Shown here piece after piece: positions 37,056-48,120 of a DNA stretch of 64,000 nt. The DNA lies in contig CAVYIM010000007.1 of NCBI GenBank assembly GCA_963768655.1, positions 64,001-128,000 of the forward strand, written 5' to 3'. Both the position numbers and the translations under genes were made by a program. The number at the start of each line of letters is the position of its first letter. The first letter of the stretch is position 1. Source of the stretch: an uncultured Chloroflexia bacterium. GTDB taxonomy: Bacteria; Chloroflexota; Limnocylindria; Limnocylindrales; CSP1-4. The notes below the pieces were generated by a model, which saw only the letters and a list, made by a program, of their open reading frames with translations, was not told the origin of the DNA and searched no databases.

Positions 37056-37234
37056 ACACGACCGAGAAGACAGGACCAGAGACCGGGCTCGGGCTCGCCG
37101 AGATCGATGGTGTCAGCGTGTTGAGTGAGCACCGCTCGTTTGTTCGGCGGTCAGCCGGCAGCCGGCACTCCGATCCAAGACCAAGCGTTCCGGGCAGTGG
37201 ATCCTCGACCTGCGACCGTTGACTGTCGCGTATG

Positions 37235-37255
37235 ATAATCCGGTGGTCGGTTTAT
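37235..37255. promoter_or_regulatory. Probable TetR operator
   Basis: ATAATCCG-gtggt-CGGTTTAT imperfect palindrome overlapping TATGATAAT, just before the SD. Confidence 0.55.
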
Positions 37256-37268
37256 TATTGGAGGATCG

Positions 37269-37952
37269 ATGGCGCGGACTCTGAACCCGGTGGCACACGC
37301 GGTCCGGCGCGACGCGTTCCTCGACGCCGCGCAGCGCCTGATCCAGTCCAAGGGTTACGACCAGATGAGCGTTCAGGACGTGCTCCAGGAGATCCACGCG
37401 TCCAAGGGCGCTTTCTACCACTACTTCGATTCCAAGGAAGCGCTCCTCGCGGCCGTCGTCGACCGCATGGTGGAAACGACGACCGCCGCCGCGGGGCCGG
37501 TGGCGATGGATCCGGACGTGCCCGCCCTGGAGAAACTCAGCCGCCTGTTCGCTTCAATCGCCGAGTGGAAGGGCGAACGGACCGATCTCATGATGGAGCT
37601 GGTCCGCGTGTGGTTCTCCGACGCCAACTCCATCGTTCGAGATCAGCTCCGACGCGGCGTCCAGGCCAGGTTGACGCCGCTTCTGGCGGCGATCCTGCGA
37701 CAGGGGACGGCCGAAGGGACGTTCTCCACGGGCTCTCCGGAACATTCCGCGGACGTTTTCGTTTCGCTCGTCCTGGGTCTCAACGACAAGGCCACTCAGC
37801 TATTCCTGGCACGTCGCGCCGGCACCGTCTCGTTCGAAGATGTGGAGCTCACCCTCGGTGCCTACGCGGAAGCTTTCGAGAGGATCCTCGGGCTCTCCCC
37901 CGGGTCCTGGCCACTCAACGATCCACGAGCCCTTCATGCCTGGTTCGATTGA
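37269..37952 (+). CDS. TetR/AcrR family regulator
   Basis: GYDQMSVQDV...SKGAFYHYFDSKEALL helix-turn-helix. Confidence 0.95.
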   Translation: MARTLNPVAHAVRRDAFLDAAQRLIQSKGYDQMSVQDVLQEIHASKGAFYHYFDSKEALLAAVVDRMVETTTAAAGPVAMDPDVPALEKLSRLFASIAEWKGERTDLMMELVRVWFSDANSIVRDQLRRGVQARLTPLLAAILRQGTAEGTFSTGSPEHSADVFVSLVLGLNDKATQLFLARRAGTVSFEDVELTLGAYAEAFERILGLSPGSWPLNDPRALHAWFD

Positions 37953-37977
37953 CGCTGGATCCCTCAAAGGAGCATCC

Positions 37978-38893
37978 ATGGCAGCCATCATCAAGACCGA
38001 GAAGCTGACGAAGTCGTACGGAATCCCATCGCGGGATCGTCGACGTCGACCTCGAGGTCCAGCAGGGTGAGGTCTTCGGCTTCCTCGGTCCGAATGGCGC
38101 CGGCAAGACGACGACAATTCGCCTTCTGCTCGACCTGATCCGGCCGACCGGCGGCAAGGCTTTCGTATTCGGCATCGAGACGACTGTTGATCCGATCTCG
38201 ATCCACCGGCGGGTCGGCTACCTCCCGGGCGAGTTCACCCTTTACGACAAGCTCACCGGTGGTGAGACGCTCGAGTACTTCGCCAACCTTCGCGGCGGCC
38301 TCGATCGGGCCTACCAGGCGTCGCTGATCGAACGCTTCGACCTCGATCCGTCTCGCAAGTTCAAGGAATACTCGAAGGGCAACAAGCAGAAGGTGGGCCT
38401 GGTGGCCGCCCTGCAGCACAAGCCCGAGCTGCTGATCCTGGACGAGCCCACAGCGGGCCTCGACCCGCTGGTCCAGCAGACCTTCTTCACGGTCCTCCGC
38501 GAATCCGTGGCGGACGGCCACACCGTCTTCCTTTCGAGCCACGTGCTTTCGGAGGCCGAGAAGGCCTGCGACCGGGTGGCGATCATTCGCGAAGGGCGCA
38601 TCGTGATGGTCGATCGCGTCGATGCGCTGCGCGACCTGGCCGCGCATCAGGTCGAGCTTCGTTTCACCGGCCCTGTGCCCGCGGCCGAGTTCGAGGCGCT
38701 GTCCGGTGTGAGCAACGTCGTCGCTGAGGACCACGTGCTGCGAATGCACGTCACCGGGCCCATCGCCCCCGTCGTGAAGGCGGCGGCCCGCTTCGACATC
38801 ACCGACTTCGTGAGCCGAGAGCCGAGCCTCGAGGAAACCTTCCTGGCGCTGTACGGCCATACTGCCGTCGAGGTCGCCAATCATGGCAACTGA
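37978..38893 (+). CDS. ABC exporter ATP-binding subunit with an extra base at ~38022-38027 (probable sequencing error)
   Basis: MAAIIKTEKLTKSYG, then in the shifted frame GFLGPNGAGKTT, YSKGNKQK, LILDEPT, SSH; SD AAGGAG. Confidence 0.9.
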
Positions 38894-40565
38894 AGTCGGA
38901 CGAGCCCCCGTCGCGGCGCCCTGGCACATCTCCCTTCGGAGCCGTTTCTACGGCCTGGGCAGCATCTATGCGAAGACGATGCGCGACTCGCGGCTCGCGT
39001 TCATCGTCGCCGCCGGGCTGATGGGCGGGATCATGCTCGTTGTCAGTGCGGCCATCACGAAGGCCTATCCCACCGCGGAGTCTCGCGTCGAGCTGGCCAG
39101 TCTGGCCACGAGCGTCAGCGGCGTGGCGTCCGGGATCGCCGGCAAGGCAGTCAACATAGGGTCCATGGGCGGCTACGTCCAGTGGAAGTACGGCCCGCTC
39201 TTCCTTTTCGTGGCAGCCATCTGGTCGATGCTGGCGCTATCGAGCACGCTGGCAGGCGAGGCGCACGGCGGCAGCCTGGAGTTCGTGGCAGCGTCGCCGT
39301 TCGGCAAGCGCCGCATCGCGCTGGAGAAAGTTGGGGCTCACCTCACCGCCATGACTCTGGCCATGGTGATCCTGGGGTTCGCCGCCTGGCTCGCCGGCGC
39401 CGCATTCGCGACCCTGCCTGAAGACGCCATTCCGGTCCAGGCGGCGGTCGGCTACGCCCTGTGGGTGGGGCTCGCGGGTCTCTTCTTCGGCGGGCTGGCG
39501 TTCGCCCTGGCCCAGTTCTTCGGGCGGGCGGTGGGAGCCGGCGTGGCCGGCTTCGCTCTGATCGCGGGCTGGCTCCTCCAGGGCTATGCCGCGACGGTGC
39601 CCGCGTTCACGCCGTTCGCGCTTCTGACGCCCCTGGCTTGGACTGCGGACCATCTGCCGCTGGCAGGCCAGTACAACTGGCCGTCGCTGATCCCGACGGC
39701 TATCGCCGCCGCCGCGCTGCTGGCGATCGGCGTCGAGGCGTTTGCGCGGCGGGACATCGGGGCCCATCAGGCTGTTCGAACGCCGCGACTGCCGCGTCCG
39801 CTCCGCGGCCTTCATGGCCCGATCGGACGCTCGATCGGCGAACGGCTGCCGCTGGCGCTGGCCTGGAGCCTGGGCCTGGGCGTCGTCACTCTGGCGATGG
39901 CGGCAATAAGCAAGGCGCTTGCCGACGACGTCGCGAAGTCGCCCGACCTGCTCAAGACATTCAGCCAGATCTTCCCCGGCTTCGGCATCACGACCGCGGG
40001 CGGCTTCCTGCAGTTGATGATCCAGCTCGAGTACATAGTGGTCGGCTTCGCGGCCGCGACGCTGGTTTCCGGCTGGGCCTCGGACGAGACCTCAGGCCGG
40101 TTCGAGATGCTCCTGTCTACGCCGCTCGCCCGGCCTCGTTGGGCGATCCTCAGCGGGCTCGGGGTATATGGCTCGATCATCGTCATGACCGCGATCATGG
40201 CCGCCTGCGTCGGCATCGGCGCGGCCGCGGCCGGGAGCGATGCGCTGACACCCATGGCCGGCACGATTGTCCTGGGACTGTACGCGGCTGCGCTGGCCGG
40301 GGTCGGGTTCGCCGTCGGTGGATGGAGGACATCCATCGCCGCGGAGACAGTGGCCATTGTCGTCGTGGCGACGTACCTGATCGACCTGCTGGCGCCCGCT
40401 CTCAGCCTGCCGGACTGGTTCCATCAGCTCGCCCTGACGTCGCACCTGGGCCAGCCGATGGTCGGCTCGTGGGACCTCACCGGCGTCGTCGCCTGCCTCG
40501 TACTGGCCGCGGTCGGCCTGCTCATCGGCGGATGGGGTCTGCGTAGTCGCGACGTGGGCCGCTGA
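38883..40565 (+). CDS. ABC-2 type exporter permease (about 12 TM, internally duplicated)
   Basis: LAGEAHGGSLE and WASDETSGRFEMLLSTP repeats; overlaps the ATPase gene. Confidence 0.9.
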   Translation: MATEVGRAPVAAPWHISLRSRFYGLGSIYAKTMRDSRLAFIVAAGLMGGIMLVVSAAITKAYPTAESRVELASLATSVSGVASGIAGKAVNIGSMGGYVQWKYGPLFLFVAAIWSMLALSSTLAGEAHGGSLEFVAASPFGKRRIALEKVGAHLTAMTLAMVILGFAAWLAGAAFATLPEDAIPVQAAVGYALWVGLAGLFFGGLAFALAQFFGRAVGAGVAGFALIAGWLLQGYAATVPAFTPFALLTPLAWTADHLPLAGQYNWPSLIPTAIAAAALLAIGVEAFARRDIGAHQAVRTPRLPRPLRGLHGPIGRSIGERLPLALAWSLGLGVVTLAMAAISKALADDVAKSPDLLKTFSQIFPGFGITTAGGFLQLMIQLEYIVVGFAAATLVSGWASDETSGRFEMLLSTPLARPRWAILSGLGVYGSIIVMTAIMAACVGIGAAAAGSDALTPMAGTIVLGLYAAALAGVGFAVGGWRTSIAAETVAIVVVATYLIDLLAPALSLPDWFHQLALTSHLGQPMVGSWDLTGVVACLVLAAVGLLIGGWGLRSRDVGR

Positions 40566-40705
40566 CGCCCTGGGAATCCTGGAGACTCCAGCCCCTATCA
40601 AGTCCGCGTGCGGACCGCCGACCCTTTTGATCGCGGCGGCTCTCGACGCACGCCCGGAGCGTTGCTACCGTTGGGCAACAGCGCTAGATGATGAGGAGGG
40701 ACATC

Positions 40706-42127
40706 ATGGCCACGTTCGATGCCGACGGTCCGCACGAGAGCGGAGCGCCTCCGCTTCCGGAGACTCCACCCGCGCCATTGGTTGGGGCGGCGGAGCGCCC
40801 CGCGAGGAGCCGCCGAGTACGCCTGCGACTGGCCTTGCCGGTGCTGGCGGTCGCGGCGCTCCTGGCTGTCGGTCTTGGCGCCCTCAACTGGCCGGGCTCA
40901 GGTCCGAACATTGCGCCCGTCACCGTCGGCCCCGACGGGATTCCCAACCAGATCGACGGTCAGCGCGTCTACCGCACCCAGGATCTGGTGGACTGGCTGA
41001 ACCTCAGCGACAGCTTCCTCTTGGGGGCGCCTGTTGCAGCGTTCCCCTGCTGGGGCGGTGAGGTGGTTTCGACCGGCCCGGTTGGGCCGGCCGAGCAAGC
41101 CTCACTCGACCTCTACTGGCAGTGCGGCGGAGCCCTCCTGGGCGGGACCAGCGGACCCGAGGTGATGGTCGCGCCCCGAGGCTCGGGCGTCCTCGCACCC
41201 TGGAACGATGAACTCGCCGTTGTTCGCGTTCACACTCACGACCCCGAAGCCGCCGAGTGTGACGCTTCGATCCGAGACTCGTGCAAATCGGCGATCGTGG
41301 TCGAACAGGTCGTCTGGCCGACCGTGCCGTCTGAGGTCGATGGCCAGCACGTCTATCGCGCGGCGGACTCGGCCCAGTTCGACAAGCTCAAGGGTAGTTT
41401 CCTTCTGGGTGGTGTCGTCGTCGACTCACCGTTTGGCGGCCCATCCACCCTCTTGACGGAGCCGTCGGATCAATCCTGTGAAGTCCCCGCCAAACCTACG
41501 GCCGATCAGCTACTCCTGCCTGATCAGGCGTACTTGCCTGGTTGCCCCGCTGTGTCCATCGACGGTGAAGAGATCGCGCCAGCCAGCAAGATCGAGCCAA
41601 CCGCGAACCAGATCGCGGTCGTCCGCGCCCACGTGAACGATGCTCTTGCCGCCGGGTGCTCGACGGACGTCAGGTCGGACTGCGAGCGGGCGATCGTGGT
41701 CGAGCAGGCGGTGTGGTCGTACGACCCCTACGCGGCCCCGTACGCGATCCCCGAGGTCACGGCCAGTCCGGTGGGGCCGGTGGGAGCCGACGGCATACCG
41801 ACGACGATCGAAGGCCAGCGGGTCTATCGCAGTGACAGCCTCCCGACAGACGCCTCGTTCCTGCTCGGAGGCCAGCTGACTCAGAACGGGTCGTGTCCGA
41901 GCAGCCAGCCGGCAGCCACATCTGGCGGAGGCGCGGCACCGGCCTGCTCCGCCTGGAAGGTCGGCGGCGTGGCGGTAAGGACGGTGATCGAGATCCCGCC
42001 GGACGTCGTTGGCAGACTCGTGGTGGTTGATGTGGCGCGATCCCAGGTCTTCGATTGCGCGGAGACGTCGTCGTGCAGCCCGCAGCCGGTCCTGGTCGTG
42101 ACCGCGATCTCATGGAGCGGGCCGTAG
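40706..42127 (+). CDS. Single-TM protein with three copies of an unassigned Cys-containing domain
   Basis: (D/E)GQ(R/H)VYR...SFLLG three times; SD GAGGAGG. Confidence 0.8.
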   Translation: MATFDADGPHESGAPPLPETPPAPLVGAAERPARSRRVRLRLALPVLAVAALLAVGLGALNWPGSGPNIAPVTVGPDGIPNQIDGQRVYRTQDLVDWLNLSDSFLLGAPVAAFPCWGGEVVSTGPVGPAEQASLDLYWQCGGALLGGTSGPEVMVAPRGSGVLAPWNDELAVVRVHTHDPEAAECDASIRDSCKSAIVVEQVVWPTVPSEVDGQHVYRAADSAQFDKLKGSFLLGGVVVDSPFGGPSTLLTEPSDQSCEVPAKPTADQLLLPDQAYLPGCPAVSIDGEEIAPASKIEPTANQIAVVRAHVNDALAAGCSTDVRSDCERAIVVEQAVWSYDPYAAPYAIPEVTASPVGPVGADGIPTTIEGQRVYRSDSLPTDASFLLGGQLTQNGSCPSSQPAATSGGGAAPACSAWKVGGVAVRTVIEIPPDVVGRLVVVDVARSQVFDCAETSSCSPQPVLVVTAISWSGP

Positions 42128-42303
42128 CCGGCGCCGAGGCGGCTCATTCAACCGACCACTGGATCGACGCACACCCGACCGACGCCAGCGGCGTGACCTG
42201 GATGGGGGCGCGGACCAGCCTCGAATCGATTTGGCTGCCGCAGGGGCGAGCCGCAGCCCGAGTTACGCCCGACTCCACGCCCCAGGATGGGCGTACGATC
42301 GCC

Positions 42304-45012
42304 TCAGTCGGAGGTGACCTGGACCATGGCCCGGTCGACGGCTTCGAGCAGAGCGTCGGACGTGAACGGTTTGACGAGCAACTCGACGTTCGGTTCGAGG
42401 ACCCGGTCGTGGACGATGACCTTGTCCGCGTGGCCCGACATGTACAACACCCGCATTCCGGGTTGGGCGGCGACGAGGTTTCGGGCCACCTCGCGGCCGC
42501 TCATGCCGGGCATCACCACGTCCGTGAGAAGCAGCTGCACCGGCCCCTCGCTTGACTTCTCGATGGCCGTGGCGCCGTCGGGCGCGGTCAGGACCCGGTA
42601 GCCTGCCGTCTCCAGGACGCGGCTCGCGAATCGCCTGACGCCACTGTCGTCTTCGACCACAAGGATCGTGCCTGTCCTGGCGCCGGCGGCTGACGCGGCG
42701 CGCGATGGCTCGAGCCCGGGCTCGGCCTTCGCCGCGGCAAGTGGCAGTTGGACGGTGAATGTCGATCCGTGGCCCAGCTCGCTGTGAGCCGTGACCGTCC
42801 CGCCGGACCCGCGAACGATGCCGTAGACAGTGGCCAGGCCCAGACCGGTGCCCTTGTCGGGGCCCTTCGTTGTGAAGAATGGCTCGAAGAGGTGCCCAAT
42901 GGTCTCGGCATCCATGCCCATCCCGGTATCGGTCACGGACATGGTCACCATTGGGCCGGTCTCCTCAGCCCGAGCGGGTGCGGTCGCCCCGGCGTCCTCG
43001 CTGACGGCGATCTCGATCGTCAACGTGCCGCCGTCGGGCATTGCGTCGCTGGCATTCAATGCCAGGTTGAGGATCACCTGCTCGATCTGGCCCGGGTCCG
43101 CCATGACGCAGCATGCTCCGCTCGGGGCGACCGTGAGGAGCGTTACGTCCTCGCCGATGAGGCGCTCGAGCATCGGTTCCAGCCGCCCGACGATGGCACC
43201 CAGGTCCACGACCTTCGGCTGCAGGACGCTTCGTCGGGCGAATGTCAGGAGCTGGCGGGTCAGGCCGGCGGCGCGGTCGGACGCCTGCTCTATCTGCTCC
43301 AGGTCTTCGCGCGGCCCCTCGCCGGGCGGCAGATCTGCCAGGGCCAGGCTGGCGCTGCCGCGGATGGCAGTCAGGAGGTTGTTGAAGTCGTGGGCGATGC
43401 CGCCCGCGAGCTGACCGATGCCCTCCATCTTCTGGGCCTGGCGCAGCTGCTCCTCCAGGGCGATCCGTGCAGCCTCGGCGCGGCGCCGTTCCGTGATGTC
43501 GCGGGCGCTGCTGAGGATGGCTTTGCGGCCGCCCAAGTCGAGCACCGTGGCGCTCAACTCGACCGGCACGACCGTTCCGTCCTTCCGCACGTGGCCCGTT
43601 TCGAAGAAGGACGAACCCTGGCTCAGCAACGCTTCTGTGCGCTCGTGAACGCGAGCGGCGAACTCCGGCGCGTCGATCTCGGCCGGGGACATCGTCAGGA
43701 GCTCATCGCGGCTGTAGCCGAGCCGTTCACAGGCCGTGCGATTGACGTCGATGAACTTGCCGTCGATGTCGTGGAGGAAGACTGCGTCACTGGCGAAGTC
43801 GAACAGTTTGCGGAAGCGCTCTTCCGACTGTCTCAATGCCTGCTCCGCCGCGTGCCTTTCGGTGATGTCCTGGTCGGCCGTGACGGTTCCGGTGATCTCG
43901 CCGCTGCTCGAGCGGAGAGGAGCCTTGGTCACGATATGACGCCGCACCGTCCCGTCTGCAAGGTATCTGTCCGCCTCGTAGACCTCGGGCCTGCCGCCTT
44001 CCATTGCGCGGCGGTCGTGTTCGGCGTGGATGGCGGCTTCGGGCTGCCCCAGCTCGCGGTTGGTCTTGCCGATGACCTCCTCGCGCGGACGTCCGTAGTT
44101 GCCGACAGCGTAGGCGGTGTTGCAGAGCGTTACGCGACCGTCCCTGTCCTTGGCGACGATCGGACTTGGTATCGCCTCGAGCAGCTCCTGGACGAAGCGA
44201 GCTTGCTCGCGGAGGAACTCCTCGCCCTCGTGCTTGGGCGTGATGTCGCGGATCGATGCGACAACCCCGACGATCTGCCCGCCGGCGTCGCGGTGCGGCC
44301 GGTACAAGCCCCGGGCCCAGCCCCTGCGACCGCCACGCGAGCTTATCAGCTCGAACTCGCGCCATTGCGACTCGCCCGTCTCCATGACCCGGGTGAGGAT
44401 CCCCTCGAGGCCGGCCGCGACGGCTTCCGGATACACCTCACTCGGCCGCCGGCCGAGGACCTGGGCGGCCGTCAGGCCCAGCGCCTCCTCCATTGCCGGG
44501 TTCCAGACGGTGACGCGCAGATCACGGCCGTATACGACCAGCCCGTCGCCGGAGCTGGCGATGATCGTCTCCACGAAGGCACTCCGCTCGCGCAGCGCGG
44601 CTTCGGCGCGGCGGGCCTCAGTGACGTCCTCGATCAGTGCCGTCAGCCAGTTTGGGTCGACGCGCGAGAGGCGGATCAGGACGGATCGGTCGGACGCCGG
44701 GTCGTGTCCTTCGAACTCAACGGGCTGCCCGCTGACGGCGACCTCGCCCAGGCGATCGATCAGTTCCTGCCGAAGCCCGAGGCGGACCTCTGAGGCGCGC
44801 CTGCCGATCACCTAATCGGCCTTCTGGCCGATTAGGCTCTCGAATGCCGGATTGACATCGACAATGCGATAGTCGGCCGGCCTGCCGGCCTCATCGAAGA
44901 CGATCTCCCCAATGGCTGCCGCATTCGGCATCTGCTCGAAGAGCAGCCGGTGGAAGTTGGCCGACGCAGGCCCGGTGCCGTGGTGGACCTGACCGCCATC
45001 CCCGTCCCTCAC
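42304..45012 (-). CDS. Multi-PAS hybrid sensor histidine kinase/receiver, with an in-frame TAG at 44812-44814
   Basis: Four PAS domains, GGIAHDFNN H-box, FEPFFTTK, GTGLGL, receiver LLTDVVMPG; first PAS split by the stop; start uncertain. Confidence 0.9.
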
Positions 45013-45381
45013 GGGTGCAACCCGTCCGACCCACTGTCCCAGGGGGTTGTCGAAAAGTGCCGGTCCGTACTTCGCACCTTGCCGTCGATACCCCGGAAGC
45101 GGAAGGCGGAGTGGGGCATCGACCCGGCGCGGCCGGAGTCCGTCGCGCTTAACCGCCCTCCGGCTCGATGGGTGCCAGGGTCCTCGCCCCCTGATGCGGG
45201 ACGCGGCCACTCCCAACCCCACAGCGCTGCCCAGAGTTGTCCACGGCAGTCCATGACGCTCATCTTCGCACCGGAGGTTGGGCGAGTCCATGCGACGTTC
45301 AGGTGAGTGAGACAGGCCTCATACCTACCCACACGATTGGGGCAGTGACAGCGACGGCCAAACAGCTGCTAGCCTTCTCTC

Positions 45382-46377
45382 ATGAATCGCCGACGTGTCG
45401 TTGGCATCGGCTTGGGCGGGCTCGCCGGCGCCGGCTACGCAACCGGACCGTTCCTGTTCAAGGCCACCGTTCATCCTGCCGGCGTAGATTGGATCGCCAT
45501 GCTGATGTGGCGGTTCGCACTGGCCGCGCTGGTGAGCTGGGCGTGGCTGCTGTCCCAGCCGCGAGCGCGGGCGGCCCTTCGGGAGCTCGACGGCCGCACC
45601 ATCGCCCGGCTGTTGTTGACGGGCGCAGTCTTCGTCGTCGATGCGAGCCTTTACTTCGCGGCCGTCGAGCGAATCGACATCTCGCTGGTGGCCCTCATCG
45701 CGAGTGCCTACCCGGCTCTCGTGGCGGTCGTGTCTCTTCGCCTCGGCTACAGGTTCTCGGGCACGCGGGCCTGGGGATCGCTTGCCCTGGTCATATCCGG
45801 GACGATCCTGACCATCGGCGCGATCAATGCCAACACCAACCAGGTCGGGATCATCCTCGCTCTCCTGGCTCCGGTCGCCTACACGGCCTACATCGTGCTG
45901 GCGGCCCGGATGGCCGGCGAGCGGCCGGGCCAGACGGCGGACATGCGGTCTCGGGGTAGGGGAGCCGAAGTCCCACCACCGGTTGCCGGGGCGATCATGA
46001 CGACCGGCTCCTGGATCGCCACGCTGGCGCTCGGCCTCCTAGCTCGTGAGCCGCTGCTGCCAACCCAGATCCCCCGGGCCGCGTGGCCGGGCCTGATCGG
46101 TATAGGTGTCTTTTCCGCCGCGGTCGCCATCCAGGCGTTCTACGCGTCCGCCGCCCGGATCGGGGCCGCCCGCGCCTCGCTGATGACCACAGTCCAGCCC
46201 GTTGTGGTGATACTTCTCGGGGTCTTCTTCCTGAGTGAGGCATTCACCGCGGTGCGAGCGGCGGGGGCGGCCATCGTGCTGGCGGGCGTCGTGCTGGCCC
46301 AGTTCGCCAGGGCCCCAGAGCCTGGGCCGGCCGCGCTAGAGCGAGGCGGTGAAGGGGTAGGGCACGTCTCGGGTTAG
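45382..46377 (+). CDS. EamA/DMT family transporter
   Basis: About ten TM segments, two EamA repeats. Confidence 0.9.
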   Translation: MNRRRVVGIGLGGLAGAGYATGPFLFKATVHPAGVDWIAMLMWRFALAALVSWAWLLSQPRARAALRELDGRTIARLLLTGAVFVVDASLYFAAVERIDISLVALIASAYPALVAVVSLRLGYRFSGTRAWGSLALVISGTILTIGAINANTNQVGIILALLAPVAYTAYIVLAARMAGERPGQTADMRSRGRGAEVPPPVAGAIMTTGSWIATLALGLLAREPLLPTQIPRAAWPGLIGIGVFSAAVAIQAFYASAARIGAARASLMTTVQPVVVILLGVFFLSEAFTAVRAAGAAIVLAGVVLAQFARAPEPGPAALERGGEGVGHVSG

Positions 46378-46452
46378 CTGGGAGATCGAGCCGATCGGGG
46401 ACTCGTGCCACCTGACTTTGACCCACGGCCCGGGGAGCGGCGCGGGACTCCG

Positions 46453-47940
46453 CTATGCGCAGGGAGCGGGCGTGATCCCTTCCATGCCGTAGTAGCGGCT
46501 GTCGGCACCGAAGAGGTAGACGGACAGCCCGGCGACCATGGATAGCTTCAGCCGACTGGTCCAGGTGCCCTTCGTCAACGAGGACGCGGGATGGTAGTTG
46601 TAGGGCGGGCCCAGGACGCACTGCGAGATGGTGGTGGCCGCGACGTGCTGGGCCAGCGAGACGTAGTTGCGGGCCGTCTTGAGCGGGAAGTTGGTCTGGA
46701 CCGTCTTGCCGGCAACGGCCAGGACGCTCGTGATGTAGCCGATGCCGGCGGCGCTGGTCAGCTTCTTGGCCAGGGCGATCAGTACGTCCTGCTGGCGGCG
46801 AGAACGCGTGTAGTCGTTGTCGCCGGAACCTTCGCGAGAACGCACGTACTTGAGCGTGGTGGCCCCGTCCATGCACTGGTAGCCCGCCGGAATAAACGTG
46901 CCGGTCGAGGGATCGTTGATGGCCCGCGGATTAGTGACGCAAACGCCGTTGGCGGCGTCCACTAGCTTGCCGAAGCCCGCGATGTCGACGATCACGTAGT
47001 AGTCGACCTTCAAACCCACGAGCCAGCCCACTTCTTTGGCGAGGGCGGTGGCGGGGGGATCGGGTGCGTGGATCGCGCCTTGGGCGACGAGGTTGGCGAA
47101 GTCGTTGATCTTGGTGTTGACGCCGGCGCTGCCGCCCCAGTAGAAGTCGAAGTTGGACGTGTCGCGGGGGATGCTGAGGATGGCGGCCTTGTACGTTTGG
47201 GTATCGACGCTCGCGATGAGGATCGAGTCGTTCATAGCATGGTGTCGTCCGGCCAGGAAATCGAGGCCGGTGAGCAGGACCGTGATCCGGTGAGAGGGGG
47301 CCGCGGTAGGGCTGGGGCTCGGCGTGGGTTCGGGCGAGCCGGTCGAGGCGGGAGTCCAGGCCGCCGCAGGCGAGGGACTGGCGGTGGCCGGGGCAGTTGC
47401 CAGGCCGGTCGGGGCCGGGGTCGGCTCGTCGGGTATCAGCTGGTTGGAGGCGACCTCGTTGTCGAAGTTGTACGCCCCCACCGCCAGGTCGGCCGCGAAG
47501 CCGTGGACCCCCACGACCGCGACGAGTAGGATGGCGACCACCACGACGTCAACTGTGCTCGGTCGGCGCCCGGAGCCTGCGACGGCGTAGGCGTGGATGA
47601 TCGACGCCATGCGCCACAGGCCCATGAGACCGACGCCGGCGGCGAAACTCAGGGCGAAGGAATCGTCGAGGAAGCTGGCCCCGAAGTAGTCCAGGCCGTT
47701 GGCGAGCAGCAGGACCAGCCACGCGGCGGCAAGCACGACCGGGACCGCGAAGATCGCGGCGGAGATTGGCCGGCGACTGTAGAGCTGCCCGAGCCCCGGC
47801 CAAACGCACGACAGCACAGCCGCGAGCAGCCGTGATCGTCCCGCAGCCCGGCTGGCCGGAGCGCCCTCGGGCAGGCGTTCTGGCCTCGAGGCCGGGTCAG
47901 TTTGAGCCGACTCAGGCGCTGGCTTTCCGGGGTCGCTCAT
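46453..47940 (-). CDS. LCP (LytR-CpsA-Psr) family glycopolymer transferase
   Basis: NDSILI, SIPRD, KIN, YVRSR..DNDYTRSRRQQ; three to four N-terminal TM segments. Confidence 0.93.
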   Translation of the reverse strand: MSDPGKPAPESAQTDPASRPERLPEGAPASRAAGRSRLLAAVLSCVWPGLGQLYSRRPISAAIFAVPVVLAAAWLVLLLANGLDYFGASFLDDSFALSFAAGVGLMGLWRMASIIHAYAVAGSGRRPSTVDVVVVAILLVAVVGVHGFAADLAVGAYNFDNEVASNQLIPDEPTPAPTGLATAPATASPSPAAAWTPASTGSPEPTPSPSPTAAPSHRITVLLTGLDFLAGRHHAMNDSILIASVDTQTYKAAILSIPRDTSNFDFYWGGSAGVNTKINDFANLVAQGAIHAPDPPATALAKEVGWLVGLKVDYYVIVDIAGFGKLVDAANGVCVTNPRAINDPSTGTFIPAGYQCMDGATTLKYVRSREGSGDNDYTRSRRQQDVLIALAKKLTSAAGIGYITSVLAVAGKTVQTNFPLKTARNYVSLAQHVAATTISQCVLGPPYNYHPASSLTKGTWTSRLKLSMVAGLSVYLFGADSRYYGMEGITPAPCA

Positions 47941-48120
47941 CCGCCTTGAAACCTCTGTCCGGCGACCGCCACGTTGTTGTCGACTGAGATCCTACGCCGC
48001 CGCTACGGGATCCTCGTGAACCCTAGAGCGGCGCGGCCCGGTGGGACGTCAAACGGTCGGACGGTGTGACTCGATAGCGCCTCCTGTCGGACCCCGGTCG
48101 AATTGTCGCCTGCCTGGGTG

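Noticed and set aside
45115-45176. GC-rich hairpin as a candidate ncRNA
   Set aside because: Such stems are expected by chance at this GC content and no family features are visible.
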